A stretch of 45,944 nt of DNA from an uncultured Veillonellaceae bacterium (GTDB lineage Bacteria > Bacillota > Negativicutes > UBA1444), in contig CAZXCC010000001.1 of assembly GCA_964638945.1 (NCBI GenBank), forward strand, positions 1 through 45,944, given 5' to 3'. The position numbers and the translations under genes were made by a program. The notes under the pieces are model-generated. The model was not told the origin of the DNA. It searched no databases and saw nothing but the letters and a program-made list of their open reading frames with translations. Positions 30,773 to 39,186 of this stretch are shown one piece after another. Position 1 is the stretch's first letter, and the number at the start of each line of letters is the position of its first letter.

Positions 30773-31138
30773 ATGAAGTTCACTTTTGCCCACAATAATT
30801 TCAATGTGCTGGACTTGGAAAAAAGCCTGGCGTTTTACCGGGAGGCACTGGGGCTCGAGGTAGTGCGACGGGTGGAAAAGCCGGGATTTGTTCTGGCTTT
30901 TCTCGGTGACGGCACGACAAGCCATCGTCTTGAACTGACCTGGTTGAAAGATCGAAAGGAGCCGTACAACCTGGGAGATAACGAATTCCATCTTGCTTTT
31001 ACAGTTGCCGATTTCGAAGCCGCATATGAAGTGCATAAAAAGATGGGATGCATTTGCTATGAAAACAAGGGGATGGGGATCTATTTCATTGCGGACCCGG
31101 ATGGTTACTGGCTGGAGATTGTTCCTGAAAAAAGATGA
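30773..31138 (+). CDS. VOC-family protein, glyoxalase I (lactoylglutathione lyase)-like
   Basis: 121 aa. The start FAHNNFNVLDLEKSLAFYREALGL and the end DPDGYWLEIV are typical of small glyoxalase I proteins. Confidence 0.8.
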   Translation: MKFTFAHNNFNVLDLEKSLAFYREALGLEVVRRVEKPGFVLAFLGDGTTSHRLELTWLKDRKEPYNLGDNEFHLAFTVADFEAAYEVHKKMGCICYENKGMGIYFIADPDGYWLEIVPEKR

Positions 31139-31165
31139 CTGTTTCAATACAGCGGAGGTAGCGTT

Positions 31166-31690
31166 ATGAAAAAGGAACTGTCGATCATTGATTTTGCAAT
31201 GTCCATGGAGATGGAAGGAAAAAAGTTCTTTGCCGCTGCGGCAGAACGTGTGGCTTCTCCGCAAACCCGGAATGTTTTGAGAGAGCTGTCTGATTGGGAA
31301 GAGAAGCATTATCGGTACTTGCAGGAAGAAAAGGCAAAACTGATGGCTTCAGGTAACTTTTCCAAGGCGGATTTGAGTGACGCTCTTTTGGGTCCGGAAA
31401 AGGACAAGTGGCAGGTTTTTTATGCTCGGGGTGACGGAGAGGGACCGGAACCATCCATACCCGTTGGCGAGAGAACTTCCGATATGTCGGTTCTGCGGAT
31501 GGCTATTTTCATAGAGAATGATCTGCAGGGATTTTACAGGCGTGCTGCCGAGAATACAAAGGATTCAGGCGGAACAGCCATGTTTATCAAACTGGCCACT
31601 TGGGAAGGGGAACATGCGAAAGTGCTGGAAGCACAGTATCAAAACCTGCAGAAAGAATTCTGGGCCGAAATGGGTTTTTCGCCTTTTTAA
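31166..31690 (+). CDS. Ferritin-like / rubrerythrin-type di-iron protein
   Basis: Two E...ExxH pairs are present: EMEGKKFF with WEEKHYRYL, and IENDLQGFY with WEGEHAKVL. Confidence 0.7.
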   Translation: MKKELSIIDFAMSMEMEGKKFFAAAAERVASPQTRNVLRELSDWEEKHYRYLQEEKAKLMASGNFSKADLSDALLGPEKDKWQVFYARGDGEGPEPSIPVGERTSDMSVLRMAIFIENDLQGFYRRAAENTKDSGGTAMFIKLATWEGEHAKVLEAQYQNLQKEFWAEMGFSPF

Positions 31691-31701
31691 GGTCGGTTTT
31701 T

Positions 31702-32181
31702 ATGCAACGCCATCGGGTGTTTTTCTTTGCGGTGTCGATGTTTTTGATGCTGATACTGCTTCCGCAATCCCGTGTTCTTGCGTTTGATCCGCTATCCATG
31801 GTAATGTCGGCTCCATGGTACGGTTCCTATGTATGCAATCAGGGTCTGACCCGCATGCAACTTACTATGCAGCCGCAACAGGGATCTGACGGAAACCGGG
31901 TGGAAGCAATTTTTGTCTTTACGGCTGATCCGGAGAACCCTATAGTGCCGACAGGCTCTTTTCGCCTGACTGGGACACTAAATCGCAAAGACCGTTCACT
32001 GCTGCTGAAACAAGACCGCTGGATTGAACAGCCTTCTGATCCAAGCTACAGGATGGTGGATTTGGAAGGGCAAGTTGTTATCGGCGAGACAGAGGCAAGG
32101 ATACAGGGGCGTATTACCACTTATGGCTGCCAGGATTTTTTGCTCTGGCAGTTTTTTGCGGCGCCTGCGTCGGGAAAATAA
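31702..32181 (+). CDS. Hypothetical secreted protein (159 aa)
   Basis: ATG 31702 gives a signal-peptide-like start (MQRHRVFFFAVSMFLMLILLPQSRVLA-FD). I recognise no motif. It is packed 11 nt after the upstream gene. Confidence 0.5.
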   Translation: MQRHRVFFFAVSMFLMLILLPQSRVLAFDPLSMVMSAPWYGSYVCNQGLTRMQLTMQPQQGSDGNRVEAIFVFTADPENPIVPTGSFRLTGTLNRKDRSLLLKQDRWIEQPSDPSYRMVDLEGQVVIGETEARIQGRITTYGCQDFLLWQFFAAPASGK

Positions 32182-32216
32182 ACAAGAAAAAAGAAATGAA
32201 AGAAAGTGTGGTAACT

Positions 32217-32312
32217 ATGGACGGTGAACTGATGTTGCAGCTGGCATTATTGGCAGTGGGCATAGTACTCTGGTATTTCTGGCTGCGCTCGATGGTCAGC
32301 AAGAAGAAATAA
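32217..32312 (+). CDS. Possible 31-38 aa single-TM micro-protein upstream of exbB
   Basis: The ORF encodes MDGELMLQLALLAVGIVLWYFWLRSMVSKKK, with an alternative ATG at 32196. It has one hydrophobic helix and a basic tail. The RBS is weak. Confidence 0.25.
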   Translation: MDGELMLQLALLAVGIVLWYFWLRSMVSKKK

Positions 32313-32357
32313 AGGCGAAAGATACTGCCGGAATGCTGAACCGATGCAGGGAGGCAT

Positions 32358-32975
32358 ATGATGGGAGATTTTTGGACATTATTTGAAAAAGGCGGCCTGG
32401 TGATGCCGTTGCTGCTTGCAGGTTCCATCCTAACCGTGGCGGTGGCAGTTGAAAGGATCCGCGTATTTCGGAGAATGGATGAAAACAGTACTCTTTTACT
32501 GGCACGACTGGAGACGTTTTTGCAAAGAAGAGACTGGTCGGCAGCATTGATGGAAGTCAAAAATAACGAGTCGTTTTGTGCGGTGGTTGCGGCCGCTGGA
32601 CTGGGGCAGGCTGACAGGGGCGGCGATTCAGCAAATCTGGCAATGGAAGGAGCAGCCAACAGAGGTGCAGCAAGATTGCGACAACGGTTGGATATTCTCA
32701 GCCTGATGGTTACTCTGGCTCCGTTGTTGGGACTTTTCGGTACCGTCATTGGGATGATTCGCGCTTTTAACGTATTGAACGTACGAAGCGGTCAACCTTT
32801 TGCAATCACAGGTGGTGTCGGGGAAGCGCTGATTGCTACGGCAGCCGGGCTTTGCGTGGCGATTCTCTCGCTTGCAATGCTTGCCTATTTCAGGAACCGA
32901 TTGGACCGGATGCTCAACGACGCGGAAGAAATAGCCTCCCGTATTTTGACAGCAATAATGGAACAGGATCCATGA
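32358..32975 (+). CDS. exbB: MotA/TolQ/ExbB proton-channel protein
   Basis: 205 aa with 3 TM helices. It has the conserved LAPLLGLFGTVIGMI and GGVGEALIATAAGL blocks. Confidence 0.85.
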   Translation: MMGDFWTLFEKGGLVMPLLLAGSILTVAVAVERIRVFRRMDENSTLLLARLETFLQRRDWSAALMEVKNNESFCAVVAAAGLGQADRGGDSANLAMEGAANRGAARLRQRLDILSLMVTLAPLLGLFGTVIGMIRAFNVLNVRSGQPFAITGGVGEALIATAAGLCVAILSLAMLAYFRNRLDRMLNDAEEIASRILTAIMEQDP

Positions 32976-33379
32976 AGATCCGGGAGCGGAGATTTTCAGA
33001 AAATCCACGGTTGATGGTCATTCCGATGATTGATATTATCTTTTTTCTGCTGGTGTTCTTTATGATGAGCACAATGTTCATGATTGAACAGAAAGTGTTG
33101 CCTGTTGTGTTGCCATCCGCCTCTGCCACGCAGGCTGAAACAGGTCAGACGCTGCCAGTCACCGTGTTGGGAGATGGAACGATTCGTGTGGGAGAAAAAG
33201 CGGTAACGCCTTCTTTGCTCATGACAGATGTTCAATCAATTTTACGACAGGATAAAGAAGCCCGGTTTGTTCTGCATGCGGATCGTTCTGTAGAATATGG
33301 CCGGGTGGTACAAGTGTTGGATATGCTGAAAAAAGCCGGCGTACAGAGACTGAGCATTGCCGTGGAGCCGGTTCCGTGA
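32972..33379 (+). CDS. exbD: ExbD/TolR biopolymer transport protein
   Basis: An ATGA overlap joins it to exbB. It has the N-terminal PMIDIIFFLLVFFM anchor and a periplasmic domain, 135 aa in total. Confidence 0.85.
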   Translation: MKIRERRFSENPRLMVIPMIDIIFFLLVFFMMSTMFMIEQKVLPVVLPSASATQAETGQTLPVTVLGDGTIRVGEKAVTPSLLMTDVQSILRQDKEARFVLHADRSVEYGRVVQVLDMLKKAGVQRLSIAVEPVP

Positions 33380-34056
33380 TTTCACAAAGACGAGGGAAGA
33401 AGGACCAATGGGTTGCCTTGTGCGTTTCCCTGGCCATCCATTTTGTGGTAGGATTGTTCCTCTGGATGAATTGGGACTGGATGCCGAACCAGTTGCAGGA
33501 AATACCGGTTGAACTGGTGCTGAATATGAATCCGGTCCAGACTTCGGGGGAAAAAACGGATGATTTTCAAGTTCGGGATGAAATTATCCCCGGAAATACA
33601 AATAACGCGAAGCCGGGAGGGAAATCAATCCAAGCTCCTGAACCGGCAAAGCCGGATACTATTGCTGACATGCCGCGGAATCAGACGGAAACCTCAAAAA
33701 TACCGGAACTGTTGACGAAACCACAGGAGCCGAACAGCTTTTCGGGGCCCGAGGGGGAAGCGGGAAATGTCTTGCTGCCGCCTAAGCTGCGGAGCAAACC
33801 GGAGATGAATATGCCGGAGGAATTGCTCCGGGCCGGCTTTTCCGGGAGCGTGCTGTTGACCATCGAGGTTTTGGAAAATGGACGGGTAGGTAAAATTGTG
33901 CTGACCCGTTCCAGCGGGTCGACAGCATTTGACGTCTTGGCTCGGGGAAACGTCGCAAAATGGGAGTTTGAGCCGGCTCGGCAGCCACTGGTTGGAAAGC
34001 CGGTAAAAGTGATGACTTCAGTATGGGTGAGATATGATGCCAAAGCGAGGGGCTGA
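33376..34056 (+). CDS. tonB: TonB-family energy transducer
   Basis: A GTGA overlap joins it to exbD. It has an N-terminal anchor with a His (SLAIHFVVGLFLW), a Pro/Glu-rich spacer and a C-terminal TonB domain (GSVLLTIEVLENGRVGKIVLTRSSGSTAFD). Confidence 0.8.
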   Translation: MISQRRGKKDQWVALCVSLAIHFVVGLFLWMNWDWMPNQLQEIPVELVLNMNPVQTSGEKTDDFQVRDEIIPGNTNNAKPGGKSIQAPEPAKPDTIADMPRNQTETSKIPELLTKPQEPNSFSGPEGEAGNVLLPPKLRSKPEMNMPEELLRAGFSGSVLLTIEVLENGRVGKIVLTRSSGSTAFDVLARGNVAKWEFEPARQPLVGKPVKVMTSVWVRYDAKARG

Positions 34057-34063
34057 GAATCCT

Positions 34064-34975
34064 ATGCGGTTTCGGGTGTTTGCATTGACATTATGGCTAT
34101 TATTGACAGGTGTTGCAGTTGCCGTCGGGGCGCCTGCGGTAACGACTGCCGAAAAGATACCTGTTGGCGATGCAGTTCGGACCTATTCGCTTTATATACC
34201 TTCAGGTATGGAACGGCAGAAACCGGCGCCCCTCTTGTTCGTGCTGCATGGCAGCGGCGGCAGCGGCGAAGATATGAGAACACTAACGCAACGGGGATTC
34301 GAACGCCTTGCTGACCGGGATAAGTTTGTGGTCGTATATCCGGATGCTTTGGAACGTCGCTGGAATGAACAAGATGGGAACATTGACGATGCCGGTTTTT
34401 TGCTGGCTGTTGCGGATCAGCTGGCGGCACGTGGAGTGGCTGATGCGAAAAGAGTTTATTTTGCAGGAATTTCAAATGGCGGTATGATGGCGGAACGCAT
34501 GGCCTGTGAATATTCTGACCGTGTGGCTGCTATTGCCGTGGTAGCTGGAAGCATGACGGAAAAAATGGCGGCAGCCTGCAAACCGTCGCGAGCAATGCCG
34601 GTTTTGCTGATTCATGGTACGGAAGATCTGATTATTCCATGGAGTGGCGGTGCTGTTGCCGGTTTTGAGGACTTCGGGAAGGTGCTTTCAGCCAAAGCTG
34701 CCGCTCGTTTCTGGGCCACCCAGAATCTATGCGGCGAAACACCAAGAGTATCGGCAGAACCGGACCTCGATCCAACGGACGGCATTCGGGTATATGCTGA
34801 AAGGTTTATCGATTGTAAAAAGAAGTCGGAAGTGGATTTGTTTGTAATTGAGGGCGGGGGACATACCTGGCCGGGTGGTTATCAATATCTTCCGGAAAGA
34901 TTCATTGGCAAGACTTCGAAAGATATGGACGCGAACAAAATTATTTGGGAATTTTTCCAACGCTGGAGGGAATGA
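34064..34975 (+). CDS. Secreted alpha/beta esterase, PHB-depolymerase/LpqC (COG3509-like) family
   Basis: A signal peptide is present (MRFRVFALTLWLLLTGVAVAVGAP). It has the LFVLHGSGGSG oxyanion region and the nucleophile elbow GISNGG. Confidence 0.75.
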   Translation: MRFRVFALTLWLLLTGVAVAVGAPAVTTAEKIPVGDAVRTYSLYIPSGMERQKPAPLLFVLHGSGGSGEDMRTLTQRGFERLADRDKFVVVYPDALERRWNEQDGNIDDAGFLLAVADQLAARGVADAKRVYFAGISNGGMMAERMACEYSDRVAAIAVVAGSMTEKMAAACKPSRAMPVLLIHGTEDLIIPWSGGAVAGFEDFGKVLSAKAAARFWATQNLCGETPRVSAEPDLDPTDGIRVYAERFIDCKKKSEVDLFVIEGGGHTWPGGYQYLPERFIGKTSKDMDANKIIWEFFQRWRE

Positions 34976-35382
34976 AATACAATATGGGTTTGAGTGTCGA
35001 GTGGATCGGTATTGTGGCGGGAATTCTCACAACTTGTGCTTTTTTGCCGCAAGTTGCAAAAACGGTGCAAAGCCGTTCTGCAGGAGATTTATCCTGGATT
35101 TGGCTGATTATGATGTCTACTGGAGTCTTTCTATGGATGATATATGGATATTATATGGCCAGTCCCTCGGTTTTTTTTGCCAATGTGTTTACGTTGTTGT
35201 GCCTGTTGGCATTGTTGTATGTAAAAGGAAGGATGCGCCCTGCAGAAGAAAGCGAAGAGTATGCAACGGTCCGGCGAAAAGTGGGGGGATGTATCGGCTG
35301 CGGGCGCTGCAATACCGGTTGTCCGCTTATTGTTGAATATCGTGAAAAAATCAGGAAAGAAGACAAAATGGCAGGGCCATGA
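34972..35382 (+). CDS. SemiSWEET (PQ-loop, 3-TM half transporter) with a C-terminal CX2CX2CX3CP tail
   Basis: An ATGA overlap joins it to the esterase gene (alternative ATG at 34984). The PQ motif is CAFLPQVAKTVQSRSAGDLS, and three TM helices occupy the first 85 aa. A tail GGCIGCGRCNTGCPLIV follows at nt 35290-35325. Confidence 0.7.
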   Translation: MKYNMGLSVEWIGIVAGILTTCAFLPQVAKTVQSRSAGDLSWIWLIMMSTGVFLWMIYGYYMASPSVFFANVFTLLCLLALLYVKGRMRPAEESEEYATVRRKVGGCIGCGRCNTGCPLIVEYREKIRKEDKMAGP

Positions 35383-35398
35383 AAGCTCTGCCATTTTT
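35365..35398. terminator. Hairpin overlapping the SemiSWEET stop codon
   Basis: AAAATGGCAG / CTGCCATTTT forms a 10-bp stem with a 13-nt loop and a T-run. It lies between convergent genes. Confidence 0.4.
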
Positions 35399-35440
35399 CG
35401 GTGCAGTCAACGCTATGATTTTAAATATTTGTCAAATGAA

Positions 35441-36655
35441 TTAGGGAAGCGTAATGGTGTAAATCATTCCAAGATAAGTTTCTTTATCGAATACCGGCTG
35501 AAGCAGAAACTCTCCGAGTGCTCCTTCATATAACTGGGTGGTGAATTTGGCGCGAATTTTTTCATCAACGATGCGTATGAATTTTGTGTCCGCTGTGCGG
35601 CGGGCAGCTTTGAAGTCATAGTTCGAAAGACTGTTTTCCAGCGGATAGCCCAGCCGGTTGATATACGAGGTATTGATCCATTGTATCGCATAGATGGCGG
35701 ATGCGCTATCATGAAAATCTTTGAAAAGGGATAGCGTCATAGGAGTATTATCTGTTTTCAACGCTTCTAACAAAACGGGATTTTTGGCAAATTCGGAGAG
35801 GGATTGGGCCAGTTTTTCCTGTGTTAGGACTGCGGCTTTCGGTGGAACTTTTTTGGGTTGGGCAAATGTGGCAACCAGACGCCACTCGGCGCCGAAGCCG
35901 GAGACGCTTTGCCAGAAAAAACGATATTGTACTGTTTCATTGGTTCTGGTGCGGAGAAACTCGCACAGGTCGGTGCCGGAAGGGGAAGATGCAATGGTAT
36001 GTCCCATATTGATCAACTGGATGTATGGACTATAAAAGTCCGAAGTAAAAAGATTTCTACCGATCTGGGAGGCATCGCGGTCATGCAGGATGCGTCCTCC
36101 GGGCTCCATGACCCAGAGACGGACCGGCAGTCCTTTCGTGATGGAACCGATGTGATCTGCCAGCATTTTCTCAGGCAAAATCAACAGACTGACAGACCCG
36201 AGAAATGTTCCGCCGGGACTGAATACCGGATATTCAATGTCTGCCGCGTCCACTCCCTCGATGGTGCGAAAGACCGGGCTCAGCACCGGACGGTGTTGAG
36301 TCATGACCTGGATGATCTGGGATTGCTGGCTGATGTCGCTGCCTTCCAGAAGACTGTAGTACGAAGGCTCAACTGTCACCATGATGCCTTGGGGCGTGAC
36401 TGCCGAACAATCCACCGCATAGTCGAATTTGCGGCATAAATCCTGCAAAGCGAGTCTTGCAGAATCACCGGTGAGTCCGCTTTTGCCCAGATGGACGGCT
36501 GTCCGGGACATTTCGAGGCTGATGCGGTTAAACTCCGACTGAAGCTGCTGTTGCGCCTGTATCAGGGGGATGGGCTGATTTTCGGCACAAAATCCGGCAG
36601 CGGCGCTCACAAACCAGAACGCCAGTGCCAGCCAAGGTGTTAGGAATGATTTCAT
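35441..36655 (-). CDS. Periplasmic protein built of tandem Cache/PDC-like sensor modules, no transmembrane or output domain
   Basis: ATG 36655 has GGAGG 7 nt upstream. The signal peptide is MKSFLTPWLALAFWFVSAAAGFCA. Repeated patterns are typical of Cache folds, such as TPQGIMVTVEP...PVLSPVFRTIEGVDAADIEYPVF..G.FLGSVSLLI. Confidence 0.5.
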   Translation of the reverse strand: MKSFLTPWLALAFWFVSAAAGFCAENQPIPLIQAQQQLQSEFNRISLEMSRTAVHLGKSGLTGDSARLALQDLCRKFDYAVDCSAVTPQGIMVTVEPSYYSLLEGSDISQQSQIIQVMTQHRPVLSPVFRTIEGVDAADIEYPVFSPGGTFLGSVSLLILPEKMLADHIGSITKGLPVRLWVMEPGGRILHDRDASQIGRNLFTSDFYSPYIQLINMGHTIASSPSGTDLCEFLRTRTNETVQYRFFWQSVSGFGAEWRLVATFAQPKKVPPKAAVLTQEKLAQSLSEFAKNPVLLEALKTDNTPMTLSLFKDFHDSASAIYAIQWINTSYINRLGYPLENSLSNYDFKAARRTADTKFIRIVDEKIRAKFTTQLYEGALGEFLLQPVFDKETYLGMIYTITLP

Positions 36656-36862
36656 TTGAGTGCCTCCTTTACGTGGAAAAGTCCAGCAAACTGTATTCAT
36701 TCACTTCGGGAGGGAAAGTCAAAAATCCTTTTGGGCGTTCGTGAAAGATGGGGAGTTTGAGGCGGTGCGAAAAATTCCATCAGTCGGCAGGATAATGGCG
36801 CTGAAGCGAGAAAACAAATTAAGCAGACTAACAATGATTATGACGACGAGGAGTGGAATGAA

Positions 36863-38008
36863 ATGATCAAACAAAATCCTTTGGTTATGATTCCCGGCCC
36901 AACGCCGGTTGCCGAGCCGATACGACAGGCGCTGGCAGGTCCTACCTATGGACATACATATGGTCCATTTGTTGCGATATACAAGGAATGCCTGGCAGGA
37001 TTAAAAACCATTTTTCAGGCCGACCATGTGGTGGCGATTGGCGGAGCAGGCACACTGTCGATGGAAATGGGTCTTGTCAATACCGTGAAGGCTGGCGAGA
37101 AAGTACTTGTCATTACCCAGGGGTATTTTGGCGAACGTTTTATCCCGTTGGCCAAGGCTCTGGGAATTGAGGCGGATGTGTTGACTGCACCTGCCGGTGA
37201 ACGTGTGAAACTGGCGGATGTTGAAGCAAAATTGAAAGCTGGAAAATATGCGGCAATGACACTGACGCATGTCGATACTTCAACGGGAGTTATGGGTCAG
37301 GTTGCAGAAGTAGCTGCATTGGCAAAAAAATACGATACCTTGTTCATTCTGGACGGGGTTTGCGCGAGCGCTGGTGTACCGGAACCCATGAAAGACCTGG
37401 GCATCGACGTTGTCATTACTACAAGCCAGAAAGCTTTTGGGGTTCCTCCGGGACTGACGATTGTCGCTTTCAACGAAAAGGCCCTGGCCCGGCGTGAACA
37501 GATGGGAACTGTGGCCGGTTACTATACGGACTGGAAGAACTGGCTGCCGATCATGGAGAATCCTGCGATGTATTTCTCCACGCCTCCTGTAAATCTTATC
37601 CAGGCTCTGGCGAAATCTGTTCAGATCATTTTGGAAGAGGGCTTGGAGGCTCGTTATGCGAGGCATGAAAGAATCGCCCGCAGCTTCCGCGCCGGTCTTT
37701 CTGCCATCGGCCTCAAACTGATTACGGCAGCAGATGCGGTGGCGCCGACGCTGTCCGTTATCCAATATCCTGAAGGACTTGATGATGCAGCTTTCCGGGC
37801 AAAGATGGAGGAATATGACATCGTGGTTGCCGGCGGAGTCGGTCCATTAAAAGGCAAAATTTTCCGGGTAGGTCACATGGGCAATATCTGCATCAACGAA
37901 CTGGTGTTGACGCTGTATGCGATCGAAAGGGCTCTCACTTCGCTCGGTGTCAAAGTGGCGCAGGGAGCCGCTGTTGGGGCGGCCTGGGCCGAGTGGAACA
38001 AAGGCTGA
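36863..38008 (+). CDS. Class V PLP aminotransferase (alanine-glyoxylate / serine-pyruvate aminotransferase family)
   Basis: It starts PLVMIPGPTPV and has the PLP-lysine block TSQKAFGVPPG. Length is 381 aa. Confidence 0.85.
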   Translation: MIKQNPLVMIPGPTPVAEPIRQALAGPTYGHTYGPFVAIYKECLAGLKTIFQADHVVAIGGAGTLSMEMGLVNTVKAGEKVLVITQGYFGERFIPLAKALGIEADVLTAPAGERVKLADVEAKLKAGKYAAMTLTHVDTSTGVMGQVAEVAALAKKYDTLFILDGVCASAGVPEPMKDLGIDVVITTSQKAFGVPPGLTIVAFNEKALARREQMGTVAGYYTDWKNWLPIMENPAMYFSTPPVNLIQALAKSVQIILEEGLEARYARHERIARSFRAGLSAIGLKLITAADAVAPTLSVIQYPEGLDDAAFRAKMEEYDIVVAGGVGPLKGKIFRVGHMGNICINELVLTLYAIERALTSLGVKVAQGAAVGAAWAEWNKG

Positions 38009-39177
38009 CAGGACGCGGAATATTTATGATACTGCTTCTGGCAGCCGGCTGGGCTGTCATCTATGCGAACCGTACTGTAATATATCCGCTGCTTTCGGTT
38101 ATTGCCGTTCAGTTCTCCCTGTCATCAGCCGATGTAGGCTTACTGACAGGGAGCTATTTCTTTACGTATCTGCTTTTGCAGATCCCTTCAGGGATGCTCG
38201 GCGACCGGTTCGGAATGAAACGGGTGCTGCTTTGGACGTACGCCGTTGCTTCAGTCGGGGTAGTCGGCCTGGCTCTGTTTGCCGGGCAGTATGGGGCCAT
38301 GTTGGCTTTTATGGCATTGCACGGTTTGGGAGCGGGAGGATTCTATCCCTGTTCGTTCGGCATGACGATGCAGAGCGTTAGTGCAGAGCGCCGTGCTATC
38401 AGCTCGGCGCTGATCGGAATCGGAATGGCGCTGGGATTGCTGACAGGCATGACCTCCGGCGGTTTTTTATATGAATTGTTTCTGGATGTTCGGGCGCCAC
38501 TGCTGGTAATGGCGGTTCCTACGGTCCTGATGTTTTTCTTTTTTTACAAGTATCTGCCGGAAACGAAGGGCATGCCTTCGCCTGCATGGTCGCAGTACAG
38601 GGCGATATTGCTGGACTGGGACCTGTGGCGGATTAATATGGCGACATTCACTGCATTGTATGGATTTTGGGTGGCGGTGACGTGGGGACCGACGTTTTTG
38701 AAAGTGGAGCGGGGGTTTTCATTGGGAGCCGCCGGGTTCTATACGGGACTGATCGCTGTCAGCGCAATTCCTGCAGGCATCTTCTGGGGGAGAATGGCGG
38801 ACAGGATTGGACGAAAAAAAGTAGCGGCATTTGTACTGCCTGCATCGGCATGCATACTGCTTTTCCTATCTCTCCTTGAAAACCATGCTGTTTTGATAGG
38901 GATGCTGATACTGTTCGGAATGTTGAGTAATACTGCTTTTGTACCGTCTATGCTTGCTTGGTCGGCAGATATTGTTGAGGCAAGGCACCCGGGACTGACC
39001 GGAGCTTCTGTGGGGATTTTCAATGCATCCATTATGACTTCAGCCGTAGTGGCGCCTATTATTTCGGGCTTTCTGAGGGATTTGACCGGATCTTTGGGAA
39101 GCGCCATTATGGCAGCCGCCATGCTTATGCTGGCAGGCACGCTGCTGTTGTTGACGATTCCTGCAGGGAAGAAATAG
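37993..39177 (+). CDS. MFS transporter (12 TM)
   Basis: MFS motif A is GMLGDRFGMKRVLL, repeated as GRMADRIGRKKV in the second half. The start overlaps the aminotransferase by 16 nt (alternative ATG at 38026). Confidence 0.85.
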   Translation: MEQRLTGRGIFMILLLAAGWAVIYANRTVIYPLLSVIAVQFSLSSADVGLLTGSYFFTYLLLQIPSGMLGDRFGMKRVLLWTYAVASVGVVGLALFAGQYGAMLAFMALHGLGAGGFYPCSFGMTMQSVSAERRAISSALIGIGMALGLLTGMTSGGFLYELFLDVRAPLLVMAVPTVLMFFFFYKYLPETKGMPSPAWSQYRAILLDWDLWRINMATFTALYGFWVAVTWGPTFLKVERGFSLGAAGFYTGLIAVSAIPAGIFWGRMADRIGRKKVAAFVLPASACILLFLSLLENHAVLIGMLILFGMLSNTAFVPSMLAWSADIVEARHPGLTGASVGIFNASIMTSAVVAPIISGFLRDLTGSLGSAIMAAAMLMLAGTLLLLTIPAGKK

Positions 39178-39186
39178 GGAAACACG

